A DNA stretch of 64,000 bases from Candidatus Hydrogenedentota bacterium (GCA_034669905.1 JAXMOL010000018.1:64001-128000), one strand, 5' to 3'. Counted from the stretch's first letter, positions 41,452 to 51,691 are shown. Translations and numbers: made by a program. The notes: generated from the letters alone by a model not told the origin.

Positions 41452-41757
41452 CGTATTTGTTGGGGTGGGCGCGAGCGCGGTTGTTACCCTAGCAACCCCT
41501 TATGCAGACCTGCAAGTGAATGGCGGCGGAGGACTTTTATCCTCTGTAAGTGACGTGTTACCGTACAAAGGTTCATATCGTTCAACCCACTCGTGGTCTG
41601 ATTCGAATACAGGGGTGCTTATTTCGCCAGAGCAGTTCATTCGAGCCGCCGAAGCATTCCCCTCCTGGGAGGGGGGTTGATTTTAGAACTGAGTAAATTT
41701 TTCGCAACAAATTAATAGCCCAGCAGTATGATTCTAACCATTAGGAAGAGTTTAGTC

Positions 41758-43104
41758 ATGTTCGTATCGATACGCCTCTTGCTGTGCTTGCTGCTGCTCC
41801 TGCCCGCCCTGACCTCATCGGGCGAAGACCTGCGTGCCCGGGCGAAGAACACCTTGGAGAAAGCCCTCACGGCCATGGAGACCTATCAGCGGCATGGCGG
41901 GTGGGCGACGGCCTGGAGCAAAGATGAGGGGGTGGTCTGGGGAGAATTCCTCCCCATCCCGGAGACGTGGATTACGGTGCAGGCACCGGCCACGCCGAAA
42001 ATTGCAGGGGTCTACCTGCGCGCCGGGAAAGCGCTCGAAGAGCCCCGTTGGATCGCTGTCGCCGGAGAAGCCCATGCCGCACTTCGCCGAATTCAGTCGG
42101 CCGAAGGGGGCTTTCCCCACGAGGGGCCCCCAGTCGCGGGGAATACGAAACGGGGGACCTTTGACGATGGTACGACGACGGATTCGCTCCAGTTTTTCAT
42201 CGACTGGTGGCATCACACGGGGGCCCAGCGCGATCGGGACGCCGTAGACAGTGTGGGTGAATTCCTGCTCACGGCCCAGTATCCCGATTCCGGTGGATGG
42301 CCCCAGGCCTATCCGTTACCCGACGGATACGGGCGCTATATCACCTTCAACGATGGCAATTACAGCAACATCATGAGCGCCTTGTTTTCCATGCACCGCG
42401 AAACGGGCGACGTGCGGTATCGGGATGCCGCCCTGCGTGGGGCGGATGGTATTCTGAAGTTGCAGGGAAGCGGGGAGGAATCCATCTGGGCCCAGCAATA
42501 CGACCCACAGACCCTGGAACCCGCCTGGGCCCGCAAGTTCGAACCACCAGGATATACGCCAGCCGAGTCGTCCGCCGTGTGCAATACCCTCGTCGAGGTC
42601 TTCGTCGAAACGGGGGACGAGAGTTACATGGAGGCTTTGGGGCGCGCGCTGACGTGGTATGAAGGGCACAAGTTGCCCAACGGGAAATACGCCCGGCTCT
42701 ATGAACCCGGTACCCAGCGGCCCGTCTATGGTCGGCGTGACAAGGCGGTCAAGGTCTATGATTTCGCCGATGCCTGTGACGGCTATGGCTGGCAGGGTAC
42801 CTGGTATCCCACGGCGGCGAAACAGGCCTGGGATGCCTATCAGAAGAAAGGCAAGGAAGCATTTCTCGAACAACGCCGACGGCCCAAAGCCGCGACCCAC
42901 GTGGCCCCGAAGGACGACGTGATCCAGGGTATTTGTGATCGTCTCGGAGAAGATGGCCTATGGACGCGGAAGCCGAACAGTAAGCAGCTCGTTTTTTATG
43001 AGAAGAACGGGGTGTCCGCGGAGGTGCCCATGGTGCTGGTGCGCGATTTCAATACCCACGTGACCCAATTGTTGGACTATCTCGAAGCGACGGCTGAACG
43101 GTAG
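41758..43104 (+). CDS. Exported pectate lyase, PL10 (PelA/Pel-15E-like)
   Basis: TFDDGTT, GGWPQAYP, ITFNDG, WAQQYD, PAWARKFEP, ARLYE; signal peptide. Confidence 0.82.
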   Translation: MFVSIRLLLCLLLLLPALTSSGEDLRARAKNTLEKALTAMETYQRHGGWATAWSKDEGVVWGEFLPIPETWITVQAPATPKIAGVYLRAGKALEEPRWIAVAGEAHAALRRIQSAEGGFPHEGPPVAGNTKRGTFDDGTTTDSLQFFIDWWHHTGAQRDRDAVDSVGEFLLTAQYPDSGGWPQAYPLPDGYGRYITFNDGNYSNIMSALFSMHRETGDVRYRDAALRGADGILKLQGSGEESIWAQQYDPQTLEPAWARKFEPPGYTPAESSAVCNTLVEVFVETGDESYMEALGRALTWYEGHKLPNGKYARLYEPGTQRPVYGRRDKAVKVYDFADACDGYGWQGTWYPTAAKQAWDAYQKKGKEAFLEQRRRPKAATHVAPKDDVIQGICDRLGEDGLWTRKPNSKQLVFYEKNGVSAEVPMVLVRDFNTHVTQLLDYLEATAER

Positions 43105-43106
43105 GG

Positions 43107-44573
43107 CTATTGGGCGACGCAACTCTGGTTGCCGCCTCCGGCCACGGCGGAAGCGAGTGCGTCTTCCAGGGTCTTCAGCAAGTCCGCGGGATTCGCCCGG
43201 TGTTCCGACGCGCTCGCCAGACCGATGCTCACCGTGCATTTGAAGTGGGCATCTTTGTGGTGGAATACGTGGGCCTCGATGGTTCGCCGCAAATCCTCCA
43301 ATACGGGAAAAGCCGATTCGATGGGTTTGGCTTCAAAGAGGACGGCCACCCGCTCCTGCCCATAGTTCCCCGGGAGGTCCGTACGTTCCAGATGACCGGC
43401 CAGTGCGTCACACAAATCGCTCAGCACGATGACCCCCGCGATGGGGCCATGCTGTTCTCGGATTGCCCCGATACCGTCCAAAGCAATCAGGCCGACGGTG
43501 AGGGGCTGTTGCGCCCCATTCGTCAGCGCGCGCTCCAGCTCCTTGAGCCAATCGTTTCGGGTCAGCAATCCGGTGTCTTTGTGGATGCTGTACAGATGAT
43601 GCACGTCTTTGTGAAAGCGGGCCTCCACCTCATCAAGCAGAACAAACTTGAAGAGCACGTTGCCGATGAGAATGCGGTCGCCATGGCGCAGGATCGTGCT
43701 GGTGACGGGAACGTTGTTGACGAAGGTGCCATTACTTGACTCCAGATCCGTGATGACAACCGTTTCCTGGCCGTATTCGGCATTCCGGGTAAGGCGGGCA
43801 TGGACCCGTGAAATCAGCGGCGACTTGATGGTCATATCCGCTTCCGGGGAGCGGCCCAAAGTAAGGGACTCTCCGGTGATTTCCACTTCGCGCCCCAACT
43901 CCCAGCCATCCAGGCAGATGAGGCTCGAGCGCAACGGACCGGTTGCCCCACGAGGAGGTGTCCCGGCGTTGTCGAAGAGCATGGTCGCGTGGGCGTCATC
44001 GTCGGCTTCGGTAGCCTCGGGTGCCGGCGCACTCTCCGGTGTTGGAACTGCTGCATTGGGCTGGAGCCCCAGCCCTTCCAGGCTCATACCGTCCGATGGA
44101 GCGGCCTCAGCGTCAACCCCATGAAGATAGTGTTCTGCTGCGGCTTCAAAGTCGCTGCGCGTACAGAGGAAGGCCTTCACACTCACGTGCGGGCAGGCCT
44201 GGCGCACCGCGGCCAGGGCTTCATCATTCAGCGGATTCACCATCGCAAGGGTGAGGCTCCTGCCGAGCATATCGATGGGAAGGAGGCGATAGCGGAGGCA
44301 CAATGCTCTGGGAAGCAATTGGATCGTGTCGTTGTCTATCTGGTAGTCCTGAAGACTGAGACGGGGCGTCTTCACCTTGGTGACGAAGAACTCCGAGAGG
44401 GCTTCATTGTCCAGAAAACCCAAGTTCACCAGGGCCTGCGCCATGTCATCTCCCAGTGCCTGGGCCGCCTGAAGTTGTGCGGCCGTGATGAGGCCATGCT
44501 GGACGAGCAATGGCCCCAGCCGATCGGTCGAAGGTCTGTCTTCAGGCTCTGTTGGACGTTCCGGTGTGGTCAT
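43107..44573 (-). CDS. MshEN/GSPII_N - FHA - degenerate GGDEF protein
   Basis: RLGPLLVQHGLITAAQL; YRLLPI..LAMVNP; FHA LGRS...ISRVHA...DLESSNGTFVN; GGDEF-like tail CTVSIGLA with YGQER at the active-site position. Confidence 0.85.
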   Translation of the reverse strand: MTTPERPTEPEDRPSTDRLGPLLVQHGLITAAQLQAAQALGDDMAQALVNLGFLDNEALSEFFVTKVKTPRLSLQDYQIDNDTIQLLPRALCLRYRLLPIDMLGRSLTLAMVNPLNDEALAAVRQACPHVSVKAFLCTRSDFEAAAEHYLHGVDAEAAPSDGMSLEGLGLQPNAAVPTPESAPAPEATEADDDAHATMLFDNAGTPPRGATGPLRSSLICLDGWELGREVEITGESLTLGRSPEADMTIKSPLISRVHARLTRNAEYGQETVVITDLESSNGTFVNNVPVTSTILRHGDRILIGNVLFKFVLLDEVEARFHKDVHHLYSIHKDTGLLTRNDWLKELERALTNGAQQPLTVGLIALDGIGAIREQHGPIAGVIVLSDLCDALAGHLERTDLPGNYGQERVAVLFEAKPIESAFPVLEDLRRTIEAHVFHHKDAHFKCTVSIGLASASEHRANPADLLKTLEDALASAVAGGGNQSCVAQ

Positions 44574-44661
44574 GGTGTTAAATGATCGCTTCCTGCCAGT
44601 TGCCGCGGGCGGGATCGCCCCTGTGTGGTTATGGTACCACTCCGCGGGGAATGACTACGAA

Positions 44662-47454
44662 TCACGGGGTGGAAAATTCGGCCCCGTCGGGATTATGGTC
44701 GGCGTGGGGAGACAAGGGCATGCCCAGCAGGGTCGCACCTTCCCAACCGGCCTGGGCGGCCAGATAACGGCCATCATTCGCCGGGTCGCCAATGCGGTGA
44801 ACAATACCCTGGAATCGGCGGGGGAAGCTGAGGTTCATGGTCGCAAACTGGCGGATGTTCAAGGGGTCATCCCGAACGACCCCCAGGGTCTTCAATCCGT
44901 ACTGGTCGAAGAAGCGAATGCCCTGGGTGACACGCCAGGTATCAAATTCCGTCGCCCCATGATGCCACCAATCCAGGATGATTATATCTTTGGGCAGATA
45001 CGTGGCGGCCCCTTTCGCGTCTAACCCGTAGGCCTGCTGGAAGGGGTTAAACTGGTCGCCCCACATGAAGACCTGGGCCCGCTTGTCGAGGCGACGCACG
45101 ATATCAAAGCTCTTCTGCACGGCATCGGACAGCAAGAGGGCATTGGGCATTTCCCGCGCGATACAGCGGCTGTCCTGGTTCAGATAGCCCGTTCCCGTCT
45201 GGCCAATGTGGATGCCGGTGGGCGAAAGGTGGGCATAGACCTTTTTCAGCACCTGCTCCGTCAAGAGCCAGACGCCCGTATCCGAGGGGCAACTTGCCCC
45301 GTTCACCGCCAGGGAATGGTCCACCACATCGGCGGTGATGAGCAGGGTTTCATCGGTTTGAACCGGCGCCTTCCCCTTGAGTTGGATAACCGGTGGCGCC
45401 AGGGATTCAAAGGTGAAGTCCCGCTCCACACGGAGTACCTTATAGCCTTTGCCCGTGCGAATCTGCGGTGTGGTGCTCTCATTTACCAGAATGCGGTCAA
45501 AAGGCAGGTGTATACGACGGAGGGTATCCACCACGACGGGATACTCGACAAGGTGCTTCCCCTCCAGAAAGTTGGGATCGATGCGGGCCGCCAGGGTTTC
45601 GTTACCGAAGGTTTCGATCAGGGGGATGGGATCGATGAATCGGGACCGGCAGTAGGCGTAGGCCCCGGAGAGCAGGGGCTGGATCTCGCTGTCCTCCACA
45701 TCCGGATAGAGGGAAGATGGCAGGAAGACCTGGTTGATGCGAAGGCCGGCGAGTTCATCGATGGTGGTCCTGAACTCGTCGTCAAAACTCTCCAGGGTCA
45801 GGACGGAGGCCCGGGTTGGCTGGGTGGGTTCGTCGATAATGGTGGTGGTGGCCAACGCACTGTCTTGTGCCAGTAATTGCAACAGGGTGTCGAGGCCGTA
45901 AAAGGCCCCGGCCGCCTGACGTCCCGCGACGATGATACGGGCAGGTTCCACAATAATGGCATAGCCTTCGGGATGCTCGGGTACCCGCTCTCGTATGGCA
46001 TCCGCGGGCTCGCGGAATTCCGAGTCGTCGCCCCGTAACTCGGGAATGGGGGTGGCCAGAAGATCCGTTTCCAGCGCCAGCACATACACATGGCCCACGG
46101 CGTCCCCTTCAAGGGCACCCGTCCGCTCGTTCCAATCAATATAGAGGGCGTCGTCCAGGGAGTCGTCGAAAATGCTGTCCGCGGTCGTAAGGGTCCAATT
46201 GCCGGTCACCTGCACCGTTGTGTTGGTGCTGGTGCCCACATGCTTTGGCTTTGGGAAGAGCCGATCGTGGGGCCGGGGGCTGTTCTGTAGTTCCACGGCC
46301 TCGTTGATGGCATGGGTCATGCCCGCTTTTAAGAACTGATAGGCCTGCGGTGACTTCTCAAAGCGATTCAGGCGCTCGGCGTGGGACATGGTGGCGACCA
46401 ACTGTGCGTAGGCGTCCGCCGCGCGGGAGGGCGGAATGCTTGGCTGGGCCTCGGACAACAGGGTCCGAAATTCCGCAGCCAGGTCACCCTGATACAGGAG
46501 GCCATCTATCTCTACCCGCCCCCGGTAGGGCCATAGCACCTTGCCGTGGAGGGAGTAGGAATGGTCGGGGTACGTTTCTGTCGGGATGATAAACGGGTGG
46601 CCCAGCCGAACGTCAAGCTGGCCAGCCACGTCGCCCCCTTGGCTCAGCAGCGTAACCGTGCCGGTATCCACGCCTTCCAGATTGCCCACCACCGTAGGGT
46701 CGCCCCACGTCACGGCATACCCCGCATCGGTGGCGCGGTAGTCGAAACGGAGCACATCCTTCAGGCGGGGGATGAGGGATTTCACGGCGTCGGCGTTCGC
46801 GACGGGGGAGAGGGCAAAGCCCCAGCGACTGTCCCCATTACCAACCTTCAAGAGTAGCTGGTTGCGGCCTGCGACGAGCGGCAGGCGAAAATAGTTGTCA
46901 TTGGGACGGAGCGTGCGCCCTGTGTGGACGCGAAATATCTCTTGCCCATTTACCCAAATGCGTATGCCATCACTGCTGCCGAGGCCCATGAGCCGGTCCA
47001 CGGCCACGTCGCTGTCTATCCAACAGGCGGCATAGGCAACCTGATTCGTGGTGGGGGCCATAAAGTCGCCCAGAAAGAACAACGCATGGGGGGCCGAGGC
47101 TTCGGTCCAGGTGCGCGATTCGCCGTCGGGCCCCGTTACCCGCTGACCGGGGAGGGGTGAGACCGCGCTTTCTCCACCGGCCTCGACGAGGTGGTCCTTG
47201 TAAAGCCCCGCGCATTCACGGTCATGGAGCCATTCCCCGTCGGGAACATCCGCCGCTGCGCGGTTGGGAAAGGGGCCGCAAACGAGCCAATGTTTCAGGA
47301 ATTCGCCATCGCTCAGTGCGTCCGCCTGGTAGATGTAGTCGGCGCGCTGGCCGGCCCCTGCCATCTCGGCGGGAAAGAGAAGTGCCGGGCAGCATAAGAG
47401 CGCGATCACGGTGCCCCGGAAGGGTAGGGCACGGGCAATGGAAATGACGTTCAT
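44662..47454 (-). CDS. Exported GH20-like protein (PA14-like N-domain, GH20 domain 2, degenerate TIM barrel)
   Basis: WLVCGPF..GSSDGIRIWVNG..GRNQLLLKV; LFPKPK, PEGYAI..IIVAG...GAFYGLDTLLQL..IIDEP; MWGD, ILDWW. Confidence 0.75.
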   Translation of the reverse strand: MNVISIARALPFRGTVIALLCCPALLFPAEMAGAGQRADYIYQADALSDGEFLKHWLVCGPFPNRAAADVPDGEWLHDRECAGLYKDHLVEAGGESAVSPLPGQRVTGPDGESRTWTEASAPHALFFLGDFMAPTTNQVAYAACWIDSDVAVDRLMGLGSSDGIRIWVNGQEIFRVHTGRTLRPNDNYFRLPLVAGRNQLLLKVGNGDSRWGFALSPVANADAVKSLIPRLKDVLRFDYRATDAGYAVTWGDPTVVGNLEGVDTGTVTLLSQGGDVAGQLDVRLGHPFIIPTETYPDHSYSLHGKVLWPYRGRVEIDGLLYQGDLAAEFRTLLSEAQPSIPPSRAADAYAQLVATMSHAERLNRFEKSPQAYQFLKAGMTHAINEAVELQNSPRPHDRLFPKPKHVGTSTNTTVQVTGNWTLTTADSIFDDSLDDALYIDWNERTGALEGDAVGHVYVLALETDLLATPIPELRGDDSEFREPADAIRERVPEHPEGYAIIVEPARIIVAGRQAAGAFYGLDTLLQLLAQDSALATTTIIDEPTQPTRASVLTLESFDDEFRTTIDELAGLRINQVFLPSSLYPDVEDSEIQPLLSGAYAYCRSRFIDPIPLIETFGNETLAARIDPNFLEGKHLVEYPVVVDTLRRIHLPFDRILVNESTTPQIRTGKGYKVLRVERDFTFESLAPPVIQLKGKAPVQTDETLLITADVVDHSLAVNGASCPSDTGVWLLTEQVLKKVYAHLSPTGIHIGQTGTGYLNQDSRCIAREMPNALLLSDAVQKSFDIVRRLDKRAQVFMWGDQFNPFQQAYGLDAKGAATYLPKDIIILDWWHHGATEFDTWRVTQGIRFFDQYGLKTLGVVRDDPLNIRQFATMNLSFPRRFQGIVHRIGDPANDGRYLAAQAGWEGATLLGMPLSPHADHNPDGAEFSTP

Positions 47455-47678
47455 GGACTTCCCCGTGGGGCGTTGTGTTCCGGTCAAGGGGTGTATTGAA
47501 ATCGCTCTCACTCTATAGGGAGCGTTATAGGTCCGTCAAGCCATAGGCCGTACGTTTAATTCTTACGGGTGCCTGCGGTAAAGTAGAGGAAACCGTGGCC
47601 TGTCGACTTCCTTTCCTTGACGGGCCCTTGATGGACTTCAAATTGCGGGCGAGGGCGCCCGAGCGAACGAAAGTGCCT

Positions 47679-48242
47679 ATGATATTCATCTGCCCTCACT
47701 GCGAGCAGAACCTCCAGATTCGACCCCAGTTTCTGGGGTTCCGTGGCTATTGTAAGAAGTGTGGCGGTCGCATCGCCCTGATCGGGGAGCGGAATATGCT
47801 GAATGCCCAGCGCGCGCAGGCATTGCCCCCGCGGGATAAGACGCCCCTTTCCTCGGCGCCCGTTGCTGCCGTCGCGTCTTCCGATGCCTTCGAGTCCCGG
47901 CTCGACGAAGCATTGGATGACATTCATGCCTGGGACGATGAAATTGCCCAGGAAATCGGGATGCAATCACAGAGTGCGCCGCCGACAGCCGATCAACTTG
48001 CCCGATTGGTGGAGTTGGGGGCGACGGAAGGTCAAATCAGTCACCTGAAGACGAAAGGTGATGCCATTCGGCTTATTGAGGTCTTACAGCCCCCGCCCAC
48101 CGAGGAGCAATTGGAGATCCTGCGCTCCTTCGGGGTGACCGATGAAGAGCTTGCCTTCATGACCACGGAAGGGGTGGCGCAGGCCATGATCGAAGAATAC
48201 GAGAGCGATAACGGCAACGCCGAGTTTGAGAGCGATTATTAA
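47679..48242 (+). CDS. Zinc-ribbon protein with 2 PPTxxQL helical repeats (paralog A)
   Basis: FICPHC..CKKCGGRIALIG; repeats PPTADQLARLVELGA and PPTEEQLEILRSFGV. Confidence 0.78.
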   Translation: MIFICPHCEQNLQIRPQFLGFRGYCKKCGGRIALIGERNMLNAQRAQALPPRDKTPLSSAPVAAVASSDAFESRLDEALDDIHAWDDEIAQEIGMQSQSAPPTADQLARLVELGATEGQISHLKTKGDAIRLIEVLQPPPTEEQLEILRSFGVTDEELAFMTTEGVAQAMIEEYESDNGNAEFESDY

Positions 48243-48286
48243 CGACGTCGGCCCGCTGCACAGCGTGGCCGCCTGGGAGATGCAAC

Positions 48287-49147
48287 GTGGCTGGGTTACG
48301 ATATGCGGTACATGCCTATGCATGGACGAATAGCTGGAGCAATGACACCCTCGATATTATCGACAAGGCAAAGGCCTTGGGATTTGATCTGGTGGAAGTG
48401 CCCCTCATGGAAATCGACAAAGTTGATGCGGCCGCTATCAAAGCCCGTGCGGCCGACGTAGGTATTGCCTTGTGTACCTCCACGGCCTGTTCCGAAGCCA
48501 CCGACCCCACAGGCGAGGATGATGCCGTTCGAAAGGCGGGGGAAGCCTATCTGAAACAATGCATCAAAGCCACCGCGGACATGGGGGGGACGGTTTTCAC
48601 CGGGGTTACCTATTCGGCCATCGGTCGGAAAATTTCCGGAAGACCCGGCGAGCTTTACTGGGACCGTGCCGCAGCCGTCATGAAAGAAGCGGCCCGTTAC
48701 GCCCACGATCATGGCGTGACGCTCGGTATAGAAGCCATTAACCGCTATGAAACCTTCCTCGTCAATACGACGGATCAGGCCCTGGCATTGATGCAACGTA
48801 TCGACGAGCCCAACGTTAAGGTGCACCTTGACGCCTACCACATGAACATTGAAGAGTGTGACTTCTACGCGCCAACCAGGAAGGCCGCGCCGCACCTGTG
48901 TCACTTCCACCTCAGCGAGAGCCATCGCGGCACGCCCGGTACCGGGGTCGTGGATTGGGACGGTATCTACCGGGCCCTGGGCGAGTCGAAGTATGAGGGG
49001 ATTGTGGGGCTGGAGTCCTTCGAGAGCGTATCCCCGGCTATGGCAGCGGCCACCTGCATGTGGCGTTCGCTGGCCGATTCCAGTGACCAACTCCTGCACG
49101 ATGGGTTGGCCTATCTGAAGAAGCTCGAATCTAAATACTACCGTTAA
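48287..49147 (+). CDS. D-psicose/D-tagatose 3-epimerase family sugar epimerase
   Basis: EAINRYET, HLDAYHMNIEE, HLSESHRGTPGTG, LESF metal/catalytic motifs. Confidence 0.9.
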   Translation: MAGLRYAVHAYAWTNSWSNDTLDIIDKAKALGFDLVEVPLMEIDKVDAAAIKARAADVGIALCTSTACSEATDPTGEDDAVRKAGEAYLKQCIKATADMGGTVFTGVTYSAIGRKISGRPGELYWDRAAAVMKEAARYAHDHGVTLGIEAINRYETFLVNTTDQALALMQRIDEPNVKVHLDAYHMNIEECDFYAPTRKAAPHLCHFHLSESHRGTPGTGVVDWDGIYRALGESKYEGIVGLESFESVSPAMAAATCMWRSLADSSDQLLHDGLAYLKKLESKYYR

Positions 49148-49191
49148 GTGATTAGGCTATTCGGGCCTTTTCCCGGAGAATAATAAACCCT

Positions 49192-49731
49192 ATGCTTCAA
49201 TTCATATGTCCTGCATGCAAGCAAGTGCTCCGCATTGCGCCGAAACATCTCGGGCAGCGGGGGAGCTGCAATAAGTGTGGTAAGCGCATCGCCCTCATCG
49301 GATCAGAAAGCGACCCCGCCCCACAAATGGCGAGCCTCATCGAGGAGCTGCCCGTATTCACATCCGATGAACCCGCCACGGAAGCCCAGAAAGAATATCT
49401 CCGGCGCCTCGGCGTGCGGGAATCTGAATTGGTCGATTTGGACAAGGCCACGGCGTCGAACCGCATCGACGCCCTGAAAGAAGAACATCGCAAACAGGCT
49501 CCGCCTACCGAGAAGCAACTGGCCCACCTGGAACGCCTTGGTGCCCCACCGGCTCGGATTGCCGCCGTGCTCAGTCAGGCAGACGCCTCTTCCCTCATCG
49601 AGACCATGCATCTGCGCCCCACCCGCATCCAGATTGAACTGCTGCACCGCCTCGGAGCCACGGGCGCCCAGATCGCCCGCCTGAAAACCAAGGCGGACGC
49701 ATCGGAGCTCATCGAAGAGTTCGGCGGCTGA
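49192..49731 (+). CDS. Zinc-ribbon protein with 3 PxTxxQ helical repeats (paralog B)
   Basis: FICPAC..CNKCGKRIALIG; repeats PATEAQKEYLRRLGV, PPTEKQLAHLERLGA, RPTRIQIELLHRLGA; GGAG RBS. Confidence 0.82.
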   Translation: MLQFICPACKQVLRIAPKHLGQRGSCNKCGKRIALIGSESDPAPQMASLIEELPVFTSDEPATEAQKEYLRRLGVRESELVDLDKATASNRIDALKEEHRKQAPPTEKQLAHLERLGAPPARIAAVLSQADASSLIETMHLRPTRIQIELLHRLGATGAQIARLKTKADASELIEEFGG

Positions 49732-49762
49732 GGACAGGGACCGGGGCCTGTCGGGCAAGCCT

Positions 49763-51292
49763 TCAGGGGGAACCCGTAGGACGGTTGCGTTGAAGCAGGG
49801 GGGCCAGTAGCTCGAGGCAATGGCGTCCATCCACGGGTTTGGCAAGCAGGGCTTCACAGAGGGACTCCAGTTCTTCGTCCGTCAATACCTGGGTGCCCAG
49901 CGCGCTCCGGTGCCGGGCATCCTGCCGAAGGGCACCAAAGAGCTCGCCCGCATAGTGGGGCTGGCAGATTTCTTTCTTCGGTTTCCCCCGACCGACCTGA
50001 TCCAGCACTTTTTTGACCCGCTCCTTGATGCTCCCTTTGGGACCGGCGCTCGGGGGCTTGCCTTCTTTCACAATGTTGACCGTTACGGGATCGGTGAGGC
50101 GGGGCAATAACCACTGCTCCAGTTCTTGCTCCAGGATGCCGCCGAGGATGAAGTCCTCGGGCGGGGCCTGGGCTCCACTCTTAAGCAGGCGAAGATACTT
50201 GCGTGATTCCGCGCCAAAGACCGCCCAGCCCGGAAGCCAGCTATCGAGCGATTGGCCTACCGTGTCGCCCAGCGTGATCGCGAGGGAGGCGTCGCCACCT
50301 TCCCGCTCAATGTCGATACTTCCGCCGTGAAAGCGAATGGCCCGCTTCAAGAGGGAAAGGTGATAGGAGTCCCCGATTTCTCCGGTAGTCGCACCGAGGG
50401 CAATCATGGCGTTGGCTTCCCGGGAGTCTTCATCGTACTCTACCAGACTTTCCAAGGTGCCGCCATCGGGCATGGCGGCAATCGCCCAATCAAACAGCGT
50501 CGCAAAAAAACCTTCCATCCGCCCGCGGTTGAGGGGGAGTTGGGGAAAGCCTTCGCTGAAACTGTAACTATGATGAATGCCGCCCGCATTCAGTTTTGCT
50601 TCGTGGGTGGCGAGGCATTCGACATAGAGCCGTTCCAGGTCCGTCATATCCGGCGCCGTTCCGTCTTCAAGCAGGGCCAGGGCCGATTCTGCGCCCTCCA
50701 GATCGGGCTCCCGACCAATGTGGGCCGCGACCTGGCTTGCCAGCTCCAGGGGCTCTGGGGGCATCCGCATGCCGTGAAGGCGCAATTCGACCCCGTTTTC
50801 CGTTCGGTCAATGCGGCCGCCCGAAGTGGCCAGGGTCCAGCAATCACTCAATTCCGACAGGGACATGGGAAATCGGTCGGCCACCCGAAAATGATCCGGC
50901 ACCCGACCCGGCCCCTGAAAGGCAATGCTCATGCGGGGGATGACTTCGCTGTTTTCTTCCTCCTCGTAGATTTCCACCACCAGCGTGGTCTGAGGGCCCC
51001 GCTCGATGGCTTTCAACAGGGCCGCCACACAGGAGGACATGCGGGCCGGATCGCCCACCCGCTCGGCATCCACGTGGTCCACATGGATGGAGAAACTGCT
51101 GGGGGGGAAGTGCATGACGAAGCTCTGGAAGATATTCTCGGGGTGATAAAGCTCCAGATCGGCTTCGGTGAAGAGCAGGGCATAATCCCGTGCGCTCCGC
51201 AACTCCGCCAGATTATTGCGCTCCACCGCATCCGCGAGAACGGGTTGCAAGTTGGTAGCGACGGTGTCCGCATCAAATCGGGGGGTGGCCAT
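49763..51292 (-). CDS. Hypothetical protein with degenerate histidine-kinase-like ATPase (HATPase) fold(s)
   Basis: FPQLPLNRGRMEGFFATLFDWAIAAMPDGGTL...SYHLSLLKRAIRFHGGSIDI; GAGG RBS before MATPRF. Confidence 0.65.
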   Translation of the reverse strand: MATPRFDADTVATNLQPVLADAVERNNLAELRSARDYALLFTEADLELYHPENIFQSFVMHFPPSSFSIHVDHVDAERVGDPARMSSCVAALLKAIERGPQTTLVVEIYEEEENSEVIPRMSIAFQGPGRVPDHFRVADRFPMSLSELSDCWTLATSGGRIDRTENGVELRLHGMRMPPEPLELASQVAAHIGREPDLEGAESALALLEDGTAPDMTDLERLYVECLATHEAKLNAGGIHHSYSFSEGFPQLPLNRGRMEGFFATLFDWAIAAMPDGGTLESLVEYDEDSREANAMIALGATTGEIGDSYHLSLLKRAIRFHGGSIDIEREGGDASLAITLGDTVGQSLDSWLPGWAVFGAESRKYLRLLKSGAQAPPEDFILGGILEQELEQWLLPRLTDPVTVNIVKEGKPPSAGPKGSIKERVKKVLDQVGRGKPKKEICQPHYAGELFGALRQDARHRSALGTQVLTDEELESLCEALLAKPVDGRHCLELLAPLLQRNRPTGSP

Positions 51293-51691
51293 GGGTACTT
51301 CCTCCTGAGTTACGGGCAGTGTACGATACGGCAGGGATGCCTTCCAAGCCCCGTCAGGGATTGGGACCACGCTCTGCGCGGGAAAGAGAAAAACTAATGT
51401 GCGCCGGGGGCGAAGGGACGTTCTGCCGCAGGGGGCCGATGGGGAGGGACGATCGCTCGTGGCCACTTGGTACGACCCGGCTTGGCATGTCGCGCCCAGA
51501 GGCGGCTGCATGTCCCGGTGGGTCTATTCAAACGCGCAATGCGGTGATAGCGCGAAGCTAGAACTCAGTGGTCTCCCGTTTTGACCGGAAAGCTCCCGAT
51601 TCACTATACTCAAGGGGTCTGCAAACGGCGGTGCCCCCACATTTCTGTCCGGGTTTCGCCGTGATAGTTTCCTGAAGGACCTCCTCCATCC

